The notes under the pieces were generated by a model. That model worked only from the letters and a program-made list of their open reading frames with translations. It did no database searches and had not been told where the DNA came from. Shown piece after piece: positions 11,301 to 19,684 of a stretch of DNA of 64,000 bases. Positions within the stretch are counted from its first letter, which is position 1. Each line of letters starts with the position of its first letter. Source of the stretch: Luminiphilus sp. (GTDB lineage: Bacteria > Pseudomonadota > Gammaproteobacteria > Pseudomonadales > Halieaceae); NCBI GenBank assembly GCA_965662305.1, contig CBFIHK010000001.1:15377-79376 (forward strand). The letters are read 5' to 3'. A program made the translations under genes and the position numbers.

Positions 11301-11985
11301 CAAATACGCTCTCGATGCGCTCCGACTCGATGGGACCCGGGAAGAGGGTGTTCACACGAATACCCTGCTTTTCACCCAACTCGAGCGCCAGACCTTTGCC
11401 TAGCGCGTTGAGGCCCGACTTTGGTACCACGTATGGGATGCGACCGTAGTAGTGCGTTCTTGAGAAAATGGTTGAAACGTTGATGATGCTAGCGCCTGCA
11501 GACATATGGGGCGCAGCAGCTCTCGCCATATTCCAGGGAGCACCGAGTAGGTTCATCGCAGAATCAAACATGGTCTGATCCGAATCCGCAGCGCGCTGTT
11601 CGGCTTCGGTGAACGGAATATCTCTCAGCGTGAACTTGGGACCAGCCGCACCTGCATTATTCACCAAGACATCTATCGGACCAAATGCGGCAACGGTTTT
11701 CGCGACGATCTCTCGGCAGACCTCAGGATCCGCACAGTCACCGGTTGCGCTGACCATAAAGGTTTCCTCAAATCCCTCGCTAACCAGATCACCCATGAAA
11801 TCATCAAGTTTGCTCTGATCTCGACCAGTCAGCATGACACGTGCACCTTCTCTGAGAAGTTGGCGCGTAATAAAGCTACCAATTGAGCCTGCAGCACCAG
11901 TAAGGATGATGCATTTGTTGTCGAGTCGACGTCCGGCGATGGACTGCGTTAGCAGATCCTGGGGAATATCGCTCATATCATTCAT
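8335..11985 (-). CDS. mcr: bifunctional malonyl-CoA reductase (3-hydroxypropionate-forming)
   Basis: 1216 aa with two catalytic SDR modules (TGAAGSIG...NNAG...YVVPK; TGGSLGIG...NNAG...YPNRADYAVSK), VSGETFHPSGG, HHFRVAR and C-terminal IFRGNAVTV. Size and motifs fit Chloroflexus-type Mcr. Confidence 0.92.
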   Translation of the reverse strand: MNDMSDIPQDLLTQSIAGRRLDNKCIILTGAAGSIGSFITRQLLREGARVMLTGRDQSKLDDFMGDLVSEGFEETFMVSATGDCADPEVCREIVAKTVAAFGPIDVLVNNAGAAGPKFTLRDIPFTEAEQRAADSDQTMFDSAMNLLGAPWNMARAAAPHMSAGASIINVSTIFSRTHYYGRIPYVVPKSGLNALGKGLALELGEKQGIRVNTLFPGPIESERIESVFARMDELQGVEPGSTGKEFRDLMITTRTSDGGLEYKYPTPTDVASGIVWLASDESSALSGHHIEVTNGMQVPAQSRSQLVSWPDKRLEDLSGQVVLILGGDDYQEAVTFAERQIQSGARVMLAFRNLNTVGHARSLVQSRNLGDVQLSHLDPLRRESVDRSMQLIADHFGRLDGVILLPQKPNGEYGYSLTTANDEDVANFVRDEVVAPVAFASAFARNMDQLFAEGEPPAIVYVTNPSDRHGSLMNEIIRASVEALIRGWRHEDETLANTGELPWAVQPNQMVRYDTEDREALTFAADWAATLTNRVRKMDSINLWLPRSIKRSTGKSSMPSSISRVLPGLHKGRTAVITGGSLGIGLQLGRFLAIAGARVLLSARSEGKLAEARDEIVDELRNIGYPRPESRVTILGGIDVGDPEALDRLHDHAVAELGHVDFLINNAGISGAEEMVVDMTREDWDRTMEANLISNYSLIRKFSPAMKAGGKGSILNVSSYFGGEKYVAVAYPNRADYAVSKAGQRVLAEILSRHLGPEIQINALAPGPVDGARLRGSAEAPGLFDRRGRLVLENKRLNEVHKAILAGMSAGFDADGVMSLASNAVDSIDIDALPKPIARLVLKIRDSGGLGNSSQYLMHMGIAAKLMTRLVRAGILSDEQHEQFLGTFIDAPAPFFDFAETSKQAEQIETGILNRLHLHKMPTDEQVGLSTVFHLADDIVSGETFHPSGGLKFDRSVTEGELLLPPNETEVAKLQGKRIVLIGDSMRNELTHIANGFLAQNVEKLWILTKTEDSANAMTHSVDNPHGIDIECRAIGDDLESSLDDILRNEGGYDVVVSSPFERLPLNALAANANEPWDRVLSDHEFRKLVHDQLTHHFRVARTSALVPSCQIVLITPETSLASTREEFALALFVKNSLHAFTVTLGVEGERLPTVPAINQVQLTRRAHTEEPSNDQELEEEMIRLVHAVLQCSVPAPAPSDSRYLSKIFRGNAVTV

Positions 11986-14900
11986 TGGAGTGCTCCTGCT
12001 GATCCTGTATCAACTTTTGTAAGTGTTTCGCCACGCTCCATGGCGTCACGAATAGCCCAAGCGCGATAAAGCTCATCGCGAGACTTGAGATTGGTGCGTG
12101 GAAGGGCATGCATGGCGACGTAATTTGCGCCTGCATGACGGTTCTCCCACATTGCTTGGTGCGCCTCAGGTACGCCTTCCATCGGAATGATGGTGGGTGG
12201 CAATACACTGATATGTCCTGCCGCGATGCGTTCCTGCATCTCAGCAAACTCGCGCGCTGTATTGAGGTGTGTTCCGCGAATCTCAGCCGTTGGCATCAGA
12301 ATGCGCCGCTGACGCATCCAAACCTGCGGAGCGTAGAAACTGAAACGTGCACCTTTCAGATCCTCGGAGTAAACGATCTTGCCGACATTAGGCTTAACCA
12401 AAGAGGTCGCTAAAGCCAAACCGTCGCGCCCCGCGCGCTCAAACACCACATCCGGAAGTCCACGCTTATCTAAGGTGTTGCGCAGAAGCGGTGCGATAGC
12501 TGAACCGATGGGCTTTAGTGTGCGATCAGAGAAGGCTCGAACCGATTCTTTGAACGCCGCTGACTCTGTGAATGGGTTTGGCATCTTTTGGAAGGGGCCC
12601 GGTGGATCAAACTCATCACCCAGTCGACGCTCGATCTCCTCGAGGCTGACCACGCCTTTCATTTGAGCCCCGAAACCGAGCGAGGTAACAAACTCACGCT
12701 GAGACACGGTGTCGACGAGCACCGCCACCTGTGCGCCGCGCTTGCAGCCCACTTCGATGGCTTCGATAGCAACAGGGTCGACAATGCCGTCTTCAGCGCC
12801 CGGTCCGTAGACTACAAGAAGTGATTGACCTGCGCGCAGACCCGCTTTTGAGAACTGCGCTGCGGGCGAGGATGCGCCTGCCTTACCCATGAAGGTAAAG
12901 CGGTATCCCGATGAGGCTCCGTAGAAAGTGAGTACACCGTTTTCACCGAGTAGCTGGAACGAGCGAGGGAACGCTGTTTCGCCAGCGTGAGAGACTGAGT
13001 AGTCAATTTGTCCGCCGACTTGCTTTTCAGCTTCGGCAACAAAAGGCTCACCGGCTGCTTCCCATGCGGCCCACTTGCTGGGGTCGTCGGGGACTGCGGT
13101 GAATATATCGGCCCAGCGGCTGTCCTTACGGTTGATCGCATGGCCACCTACTGCCTCAACGCGTTCACCGCGATCCGCGCTCGACACCATACCCAAGGCT
13201 GCACAGCTGGAGGATAGGGCGCTTCGCAAGCAGTCGTAACCGGTACCGGTAGACGCACCCTCCACAAAGAGTCGCTTACCGGGCTCGATTGCGAGCGTGT
13301 TGTAGAGTGCTCGGTGAATGGTACCCATGGTCAGGCCGTAAGAGCCTGCCTCTTCGATGCTGATCCCTGGCAATTTTGCGTGTAGCTGTGGGCCTTGAAC
13401 CGTTAGGAACTGAGCGTGGCTTCCGTCGTTACGCTCGTAACCCTGAATACGGAAATCCGCGGCCATCGGGTCGAGACCTTGATCGGGAGCCATGAGCTCG
13501 CTTTGTCCAGAGTAGATAGTGACGATGTCACCGACAGAGAGTCGACCTTCACGGACCAAATCTTGGCCGAGCTGAGCAACAATACCGACACCGCCCGAGC
13601 CTGTGACCTGAACATCCGCATCGCGTGCATCGAACGGTGATACTGGAATGCCTGTAATCGCCCAGATGTCGTTGAAGTTCATCTCTGACGCGAGGATGTA
13701 AACCAGCGCCTCGTTTGCACTGGGCGAAGGTGTGGGGAATACCAGTTCCTTCTCAGCCACTTCTGGGTCACCGTGAAGTGGAGTACCGTCCTCATGCGAC
13801 CGCATCACGCCATAACCCAATTGGTACTCGGGAATTGGGGTAATACCCGGGAAGAAGCTCGCGCCCATGGGCAAGAGTTTGCCCTCATCGATAAGCGTTG
13901 CACGCTCCTCTGCTGATGCGTCGGGTTGTACCGATTTTGGCTTCGGTGGGAGAGGCGCACTTCGCTTTTCGAGGAAGGCCGAGATGCCATCGGGACCACA
14001 TTCTGGGTCGCAAACACCTTGAGCGAATAGCTCAGCCTCGCGTCGCAAGCCAGCCGCCTGACCGTCGCGGGCGCCTGTGAGCATGGCGTCGATGATGAAG
14101 TCGACCGGCTTGTTTCGGCCGCTCGCACGAATTTGCGCGAGCGCTGAAGCCACACCAGGATGAGAAAGCAGAGACTCATCGATGGCAACGGTGTGCTCGC
14201 GTTGTTGCTTAAGCTTTCTCCTACGCGCCATAGACACTTTGAGCGCGTCGCCCCCAACAAAGTGATCTCTCAACGCATCCATAGCCGCCTCTACGGTTGA
14301 GAGACCTTCGGTGGTGACAATGTCGTCGATCAAGCCGATTTCAAGCGCTTTCTCTGCGTCGATGGTGCGACCATCGAGCATCATTCGCAGCGCTTCCGCG
14401 GCGCCATCGGCACCGTGAGCGTCGAACAACTTTCGTGTGAGTCGCTGGGTTCCACCGTAACCGGGCAGAAGATTCAGGTTGATCTCTGGCTGGCCGAATT
14501 CTGCATGTCTTGCGGCAATAACATGCGAGCAAGCGAGTACCAGCTCGTTACCACCACCCAGTGCAGGGCCGTTTACGGCCGCAATAATGGGGATATCAAG
14601 ATTTTCCAGTGTTGCAAACGCTGTCTGAGCAGCGTTTGGCAGCGTCTGAGCCGACTCAAGATCACCTTTCTCACCGATCTTCAGAAGCTCTTTAACATCA
14701 GCGCCTGCAACAAACGTGTTGCGCGCGCCTGTTACGACCATCGCAGACAGGTCGTCCTGGTGCGCTAGCTGAGTCAACGCGGTGTGCAACTCATCGAGCG
14801 TACGTTCACTGAGTGCGTTGACGGGGGGGCTCGAAATCACAACGAGTGCAACAAGGTGTCCCGGTGCGATTTCGTGTGTCTCAACCCGTAGGTAACGCCA

Positions 14901-17393
14901 GGTCTGAACAACGCGACGCGCCTCGGTTAAGCGACCAAAGTCTTTCCACTGTGCGACAGCGTTTCGGATTTCCTCGACAGACTCGGGATTCTTGAGCGTC
15001 GAGATATCACCGAGAGGCTGATCGAGAAGGATCGATCGCAAGGTCCGTCGCATGTACTTACCTGATCGAGTCTCGGGGAAAGCAGAGACAACGAGGAAGT
15101 CGGATGGTACGGCAGTTGCACCTTTCTCTGATCGCACCAAAGACTGCAGTCTTGCAAGATCGTCATCGGAAAGTTTACGCCCCGCAGCCGCGACCAAGAA
15201 TGCAACCGGCGTTTCGCCTTTTTCATCGTGCGGTGCCCCGACTACAACAACGTTACCAACCGGGGAGTCCTCGCGCAGTGTCTTATCCCGCAAGATAGCA
15301 CCCTCGATTTCTTCGGTACCGATTCGGTGGCCTGAAACGTTGATAACGTCATCGGAACGACCGTGCAGTGTAAATGCACCGTCATCGTGTTGACGGGCGT
15401 AATCGCCTTGCGTGTAGGTCAGCTCGCCATCCCATCGATTAAAATACACTTCACTAAAGCGCTCGATATCGCCGCGCCAGCTGTCTTCAAAGAGGTTGCT
15501 TGCGTCGCCCCACAGTGTCCGTGCGAGATACGGGTAGGGCTGGGTGATGACCAGCTCGCCTTTTTCGCCCGAGTCCGCTGTGCGCCACTGAGTTACTGTG
15601 CCATCGGCAGCGGTTGTCTCAGCAACACGTACTTCCGCCTGCACCCAGGGAAGCGGCCATGTCTTAGCATCAGCAGCGAGCGGCTTGTAACCACCCCAAG
15701 GACAGCTAAAGACAATGCCGCCGTGTTCCGTCGCCCAGTACGAATTGATGTAATGCCTGCAGATGTTATCCATCGCGAACTGTTGAACAGCAGGGGAGAC
15801 AGGTTCTGCACAGAACGTCCCGACGCGCAGGGTCGACATATCAAAGTCAGCCATTTCGCGTGCACTGGCTGGGTCTGTCATCACGGCCTTAAGGAAAGTC
15901 GATCCCGCCTTAAAGAGCGTGACCTTATATCGTTCGATAATCGACGAGAAGCGACCCGCATGGGGGAATAGCGGTGAACCTTCTGCAATCACGGTTGTCA
16001 TGCCTTGAACAAGTGGCGCCGCGATGAGATAGCTTTGCCCGGTAATCCAGCCCGGATCGCCGATCACGTACAGGGTGTCATCTTCGGTCGCATTGAAGAC
16101 TGTTCGCATTGTGTGGCTCACGCCGCTTAACCAACTACCGTGGGTGTGGACCACGCCCTTTGGCTTGCCGGTGGAGCCCGAGGTGTAAATGATGAAGAGC
16201 GGGAAGTTGGAGTCTACGCTAACGACGGGGAGCACTGCATTTAGCTTGGACCAAGCATCGGTTGCGCTATCAGCACCTAAGTCATCAAATGATGAGAGCC
16301 CCAAATGACTTGCAATCGTCGCTTTTGCTGCATCAACCAAGTCTCTCGACCACTTGTCTCGGCTATGCTCGACAATCTCTTGACCGGTGTACTCAACGAC
16401 AATCACCTTTTCAACATTGTGCTTAGCATCTGCCAGCTGTCGTGCGACTGCGGTGCGCAGTTCCGCCGTCATTTCTGCAGCGATCGCATTTTGGCGTGCT
16501 AATGAGGCGCCTAGTTCGCGCATAACGTCTGAACGCTCGAGTGTTATTTCGCCTGCGAGTGCTTCAGAGACATCGCTGTAGAGTGTGTCGGTCAAGTCAC
16601 CCAAGTCATAAGTGGCAAGCACTGCTTTGAGCGTCTCGAGGGCCGTTTCTCTTGGAATGTAGTTATCGAGCGCAGGATCTGCGTAAGTACCTTTGTAGGC
16701 GACAACTTCAGCATTTCGATAGCCACCGTCGGCAGTGATGACTAGCTTAGCGCCCGCATCGTGGATGCGATCTGAAAGGGTCTTTGCTGAGAAACCGCCA
16801 AATACCGGCGTATAAACAACGCCCATACGCTGTGCAGCCAGCATGTAGAAAATTTGCTCTGGGATGTTCGGAAGGTTGAACGCGATGCGGTCGCCTGTCA
16901 CCAGGCCGAGGTCTTTGAGTACCTGCATGCGCGCGACGACTTCCTGAAACAGCACGCGGTAGCTGAAATGCTGCTCGGTTACCGGCCCACCGCGCCCGTC
17001 GTTTTTGGAGGGATCCCAGCGGTCCCCCTCGAAAATGATCGCTGTCTTGTCGGCGCGGCCTTGGAGTAGGTGCCGGTCAACAAGATTGAAGCACGCATTG
17101 GTTTGACCACCTGTGAACCAGCGGTAGTAGGGTGCTGCGGATTGATCAAGAACAGATGACCAAGGAGTCCATGCGCTGCCCTCGAGCGATGCATTCTCGC
17201 CGCGAGAGTCCCAGCCCATCCAGTTGTCATCGCTGCCTCGAGCGAGCCATGCACCGCTGGACGGGTTCTGCCAATGAATCTCACGTGACGCAACGTCAGC
17301 GTGGAACTGATTGGCGGCGTTTGTAATGTTACCTCTAAGCGCATCCTCATCGGACTGTGACGCTAAAACGCCCCAGGTACGGTCATCGCTCAT
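11982..17393 (-). CDS. pcs: trifunctional propionyl-CoA synthase (3-HP-CoA ligase / dehydratase / acrylyl-CoA reductase)
   Basis: 1803 aa. Acs-like ligase (YTSGSTGKPKG, YWATEHGG, GRSDDVINVSGHRIG, TRSGKYMRR), crotonase (FVAGADVKE, ALGGGNEL, GQPEINLNLLPGYGGTQRL) and Ccr-like MDR (EMNFNDIW, GYERNDGSHAQF, GTH). Confidence 0.93.
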   Translation of the reverse strand: MSDDRTWGVLASQSDEDALRGNITNAANQFHADVASREIHWQNPSSGAWLARGSDDNWMGWDSRGENASLEGSAWTPWSSVLDQSAAPYYRWFTGGQTNACFNLVDRHLLQGRADKTAIIFEGDRWDPSKNDGRGGPVTEQHFSYRVLFQEVVARMQVLKDLGLVTGDRIAFNLPNIPEQIFYMLAAQRMGVVYTPVFGGFSAKTLSDRIHDAGAKLVITADGGYRNAEVVAYKGTYADPALDNYIPRETALETLKAVLATYDLGDLTDTLYSDVSEALAGEITLERSDVMRELGASLARQNAIAAEMTAELRTAVARQLADAKHNVEKVIVVEYTGQEIVEHSRDKWSRDLVDAAKATIASHLGLSSFDDLGADSATDAWSKLNAVLPVVSVDSNFPLFIIYTSGSTGKPKGVVHTHGSWLSGVSHTMRTVFNATEDDTLYVIGDPGWITGQSYLIAAPLVQGMTTVIAEGSPLFPHAGRFSSIIERYKVTLFKAGSTFLKAVMTDPASAREMADFDMSTLRVGTFCAEPVSPAVQQFAMDNICRHYINSYWATEHGGIVFSCPWGGYKPLAADAKTWPLPWVQAEVRVAETTAADGTVTQWRTADSGEKGELVITQPYPYLARTLWGDASNLFEDSWRGDIERFSEVYFNRWDGELTYTQGDYARQHDDGAFTLHGRSDDVINVSGHRIGTEEIEGAILRDKTLREDSPVGNVVVVGAPHDEKGETPVAFLVAAAGRKLSDDDLARLQSLVRSEKGATAVPSDFLVVSAFPETRSGKYMRRTLRSILLDQPLGDISTLKNPESVEEIRNAVAQWKDFGRLTEARRVVQTWRYLRVETHEIAPGHLVALVVISSPPVNALSERTLDELHTALTQLAHQDDLSAMVVTGARNTFVAGADVKELLKIGEKGDLESAQTLPNAAQTAFATLENLDIPIIAAVNGPALGGGNELVLACSHVIAARHAEFGQPEINLNLLPGYGGTQRLTRKLFDAHGADGAAEALRMMLDGRTIDAEKALEIGLIDDIVTTEGLSTVEAAMDALRDHFVGGDALKVSMARRRKLKQQREHTVAIDESLLSHPGVASALAQIRASGRNKPVDFIIDAMLTGARDGQAAGLRREAELFAQGVCDPECGPDGISAFLEKRSAPLPPKPKSVQPDASAEERATLIDEGKLLPMGASFFPGITPIPEYQLGYGVMRSHEDGTPLHGDPEVAEKELVFPTPSPSANEALVYILASEMNFNDIWAITGIPVSPFDARDADVQVTGSGGVGIVAQLGQDLVREGRLSVGDIVTIYSGQSELMAPDQGLDPMAADFRIQGYERNDGSHAQFLTVQGPQLHAKLPGISIEEAGSYGLTMGTIHRALYNTLAIEPGKRLFVEGASTGTGYDCLRSALSSSCAALGMVSSADRGERVEAVGGHAINRKDSRWADIFTAVPDDPSKWAAWEAAGEPFVAEAEKQVGGQIDYSVSHAGETAFPRSFQLLGENGVLTFYGASSGYRFTFMGKAGASSPAAQFSKAGLRAGQSLLVVYGPGAEDGIVDPVAIEAIEVGCKRGAQVAVLVDTVSQREFVTSLGFGAQMKGVVSLEEIERRLGDEFDPPGPFQKMPNPFTESAAFKESVRAFSDRTLKPIGSAIAPLLRNTLDKRGLPDVVFERAGRDGLALATSLVKPNVGKIVYSEDLKGARFSFYAPQVWMRQRRILMPTAEIRGTHLNTAREFAEMQERIAAGHISVLPPTIIPMEGVPEAHQAMWENRHAGANYVAMHALPRTNLKSRDELYRAWAIRDAMERGETLTKVDTGSAGALQ

Positions 17394-17399
17394 GCTGTT

Positions 17400-17520
17400 C
17401 TCCCTGTCGAAAAATCGTTGACGGAGGAGGCCGACTTAGCACGCGTTTAGACGAAATGCTTTTTGCATCCCGACTGCGTTTGCTAACAAGCACCGGAACA
17501 CCGGTTCTCCCCACCGCTTG
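17400..17520 (-). promoter_or_regulatory. structured 5' leader of pcs with an anti-Shine-Dalgarno element
   Basis: Three predicted stems by manual pairing. The last pairs CUCC-GUC with GAC-AG-GGAG, covering the RBS (AGGGAG, 17400-17405). Confidence 0.4.
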
Positions 17521-17605
17521 ATTACGCCCAAGGTACGTTTGTGGGTAGGTGCTAGATCACTGAAATTGGTAATTTGCCACATGTCATATGGGGAGTATTT
17601 GGCTA

Positions 17606-18577
17606 CTAAATTGTGAGTGCCTGTTGGAATAACACCTGATCGACGTTACCGCCGGAAAGAATGACGATGAGTTCTTTTTCATTGGGTAGGTTTTGAGGGT
17701 CAAGCGCAGCGGCAAGGGCGACCGCGCCACCGGGCTCAACGATGACTTTGAGCGTGTCGAAAGCGGTTTTCATGGCAGCCAGGACTGAGTCATCAGATAC
17801 GGCAAAGCCAGAGCCAGCGTGTTTTTGTAGCAGGGGGAAGGTCAGTTCGCCGGGTATGGGGGTGACAATGGCATCGCAGATCGAGCCTTGCTCTGATGGA
17901 TTGCTAACGCGCTCACCGAGCGCCAGGGACCGAGCCGTATCATCAAAGCCCTCCGGCTCTGCCGTATGCACGGTGATTTCGGGTCGCAAGCCTGCAAGCG
18001 CCACAGCTATCCCCGAACTTAAACCACCGCCCCCGCAGCAGCATAGCAGCGCCTTGGCCTGCGCATCTGCTTCAGTCATTTGTTCGGCGAGCTCCAAGCC
18101 CACCGTGCCCTGTCCTGCGATGACATTTGCATCGTCATAGGGCTTGATGAGATGCAGTCCCTGCTCCTCCGCTAACCGCTGGCCAATTGCCTCCCGACTC
18201 TCTACACCGCGCTCATAATGGACCACTGTCGCGCCATAGGCTTTGGTATTGGCAACTTTATTTGCTGGTGCATCATGCGGCATGATAATTGTCGCTTGCG
18301 TGCCAAAAACTTTGGCCGCCAGCGCTACCCCCTGTGCGTGATTGCCCGATGAATACGCTACGACGCCACCGTTGAGGGTTTCGTCTGGTAAAGCGCTAAT
18401 TGCCGAGCATGCACCTCTGAATTTGAAACTTCCGGTCACCTGAAGTGGCTCGGCTTTGATCCAGAGCTTCCTGTCTGCGATTGCATCAAGTCTGGGCGAG
18501 TTGAGTAGCGGCGTTCTCACGATTTTGTTCTCAATACGCTGATAAGCGCGCTGTATGTCGTTCAAGGTGACGGTCAC
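17606..18577 (-). CDS. PLP-dependent threonine/serine dehydratase family (fold type II, no ACT domain)
   Basis: GSFKFRGA (PLP lysine), SSGNHAQG, GQGT, GGGGL, EPGGA, SGGN. Confidence 0.88.
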   Translation of the reverse strand: MTVTLNDIQRAYQRIENKIVRTPLLNSPRLDAIADRKLWIKAEPLQVTGSFKFRGACSAISALPDETLNGGVVAYSSGNHAQGVALAAKVFGTQATIIMPHDAPANKVANTKAYGATVVHYERGVESREAIGQRLAEEQGLHLIKPYDDANVIAGQGTVGLELAEQMTEADAQAKALLCCCGGGGLSSGIAVALAGLRPEITVHTAEPEGFDDTARSLALGERVSNPSEQGSICDAIVTPIPGELTFPLLQKHAGSGFAVSDDSVLAAMKTAFDTLKVIVEPGGAVALAAALDPQNLPNEKELIVILSGGNVDQVLFQQALTI

Positions 18578-18647
18578 GGGTTGTCCTCAGGCCCTAATGG
18601 AAGCAATCTTGCGCCGCAAGAACGACGTCAGGATTGATCCGGTTGCG

Positions 18648-19106
18648 ATGATATTTCGAAGTAAGACTAATACACACGGTGGGGCGCGTGCAGTGTTGGA
18701 TTATGTGCAACACGACGGGGGGCGAGAAGATGCTGGATTTCGGGGCAGGTCTGACTGCGTCGTTCGGGCCATTTGCCTTATTACCGGTGAGGCTTATACC
18801 CACGTACGACAAGATCTTTCCTATTTGCAAAAAAAGATGACCGGTGGGCTATATCCATCGATTGCTGATGGTGTAATGACACCCGTTCACTACCTCTACT
18901 TAACAAGTAAGGGCTGGGAACTCACACTTACCAAGGGTACGTATCTCACCGATATACCGAGAGAGGGAGATCACATCGCGGTGATCCCTCGGCATATGAT
19001 GGCAGTCCGTGATGGCACAGTATGGGACTCGTGGGACTCTCGCTTCAGTCGACGCACGAAAAATGGCTACCCTCGGCTGCTTGGCTACTACACGCCTCCT
19101 TCTTGA
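18648..19106 (+). CDS. hypothetical protein with a papain-like Cys/His/Asp motif pattern
   Basis: DGGR..AGF, DCVVRAI, RHMMAV.DG..WDSWD. Start uncertain (ATG 18648 or GTG 18693). The longer ORF from 18555 overlaps the divergent gene. Confidence 0.6.
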   Translation: MIFRSKTNTHGGARAVLDYVQHDGGREDAGFRGRSDCVVRAICLITGEAYTHVRQDLSYLQKKMTGGLYPSIADGVMTPVHYLYLTSKGWELTLTKGTYLTDIPREGDHIAVIPRHMMAVRDGTVWDSWDSRFSRRTKNGYPRLLGYYTPPS

Positions 19107-19127
19107 GGCTCAAGCTGGAGCCTCAAG
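19102..19127. terminator. hairpin between convergent genes, possible bidirectional terminator
   Basis: Perfect 10-bp inverted repeat CTTGAGGCTC-aagctg-GAGCCTCAAG. Confidence 0.5.
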
Positions 19128-19168
19128 GCCTGAGGTGCTTTTTCTCAGCCTGGAGCCGATGTGCCAAC

Positions 19169-19684
19169 TCAGGCATCAATCCAACGGATGATGTAATCCT
19201 CTAGATCTTCAGGGTTTATCTTGGTCTCTGAAATCACCTTGCCTCTGATACCGCGAGGGTCTTTTTGTACTGAAGAGACATGTCCGGTAATCAACGGATG
19301 CCAAAGTGGCAGCTCTTTATCTTCAGATCGAAGCCGGTAGGCGCAGGACGTAGGAAGCCATTTCATCTGTTCGGCTGTCATGATTGATACGTCCATGCAA
19401 TCCGGTACACGATCAAATCGATTTTTATAGTCGCGGCAGCTGCCCCCTTTGAGATCGAGGAGTTCGCAGGCGACTCGTGTGTAGAAGACCTCGTCGGTGT
19501 CCTCGTCTTGCAGTTTGTGTAAGCAGCACTTCCCGCATCCGTCACAGAGCATTTCCCACTCCTCGCGACTCAAATCACCCAAGGGTGTTGTGTTCCAGTA
19601 TTCAGCGCTGCGTGACACCGTCTTTTCCCTCTCAGTATTTCCTGCTCGTCGCTGCCTTTTGCCGACTTGAGACACCTTATTCAT
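19169..19684 (-). CDS. ycgN: YcgN family cysteine-cluster protein (UPF0260)
   Basis: EWEMLCDGCGKCCLHKL, CRDYKNR...VPDC, WLPTSCAYR, WHPLITG. Alternative GTG start at 19618 with an AGGGA RBS. Confidence 0.88.
   Translation of the reverse strand: MNKVSQVGKRQRRAGNTEREKTVSRSAEYWNTTPLGDLSREEWEMLCDGCGKCCLHKLQDEDTDEVFYTRVACELLDLKGGSCRDYKNRFDRVPDCMDVSIMTAEQMKWLPTSCAYRLRSEDKELPLWHPLITGHVSSVQKDPRGIRGKVISETKINPEDLEDYIIRWIDA

Noticed and set aside
15363-15971. 202-aa plus-strand ORF inside pcs, and similar shadow ORFs in mcr, ggt, mutS and the RND genes
   Set aside because: Antisense or alternative-frame shadows of well-supported genes, with no motifs.
8335-17393. Claim of full autotrophy via the 3-HP bi-cycle
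   Set aside because: Only pcs, mcr and accA are visible. The glyoxylate-assimilating enzymes are not in the window.
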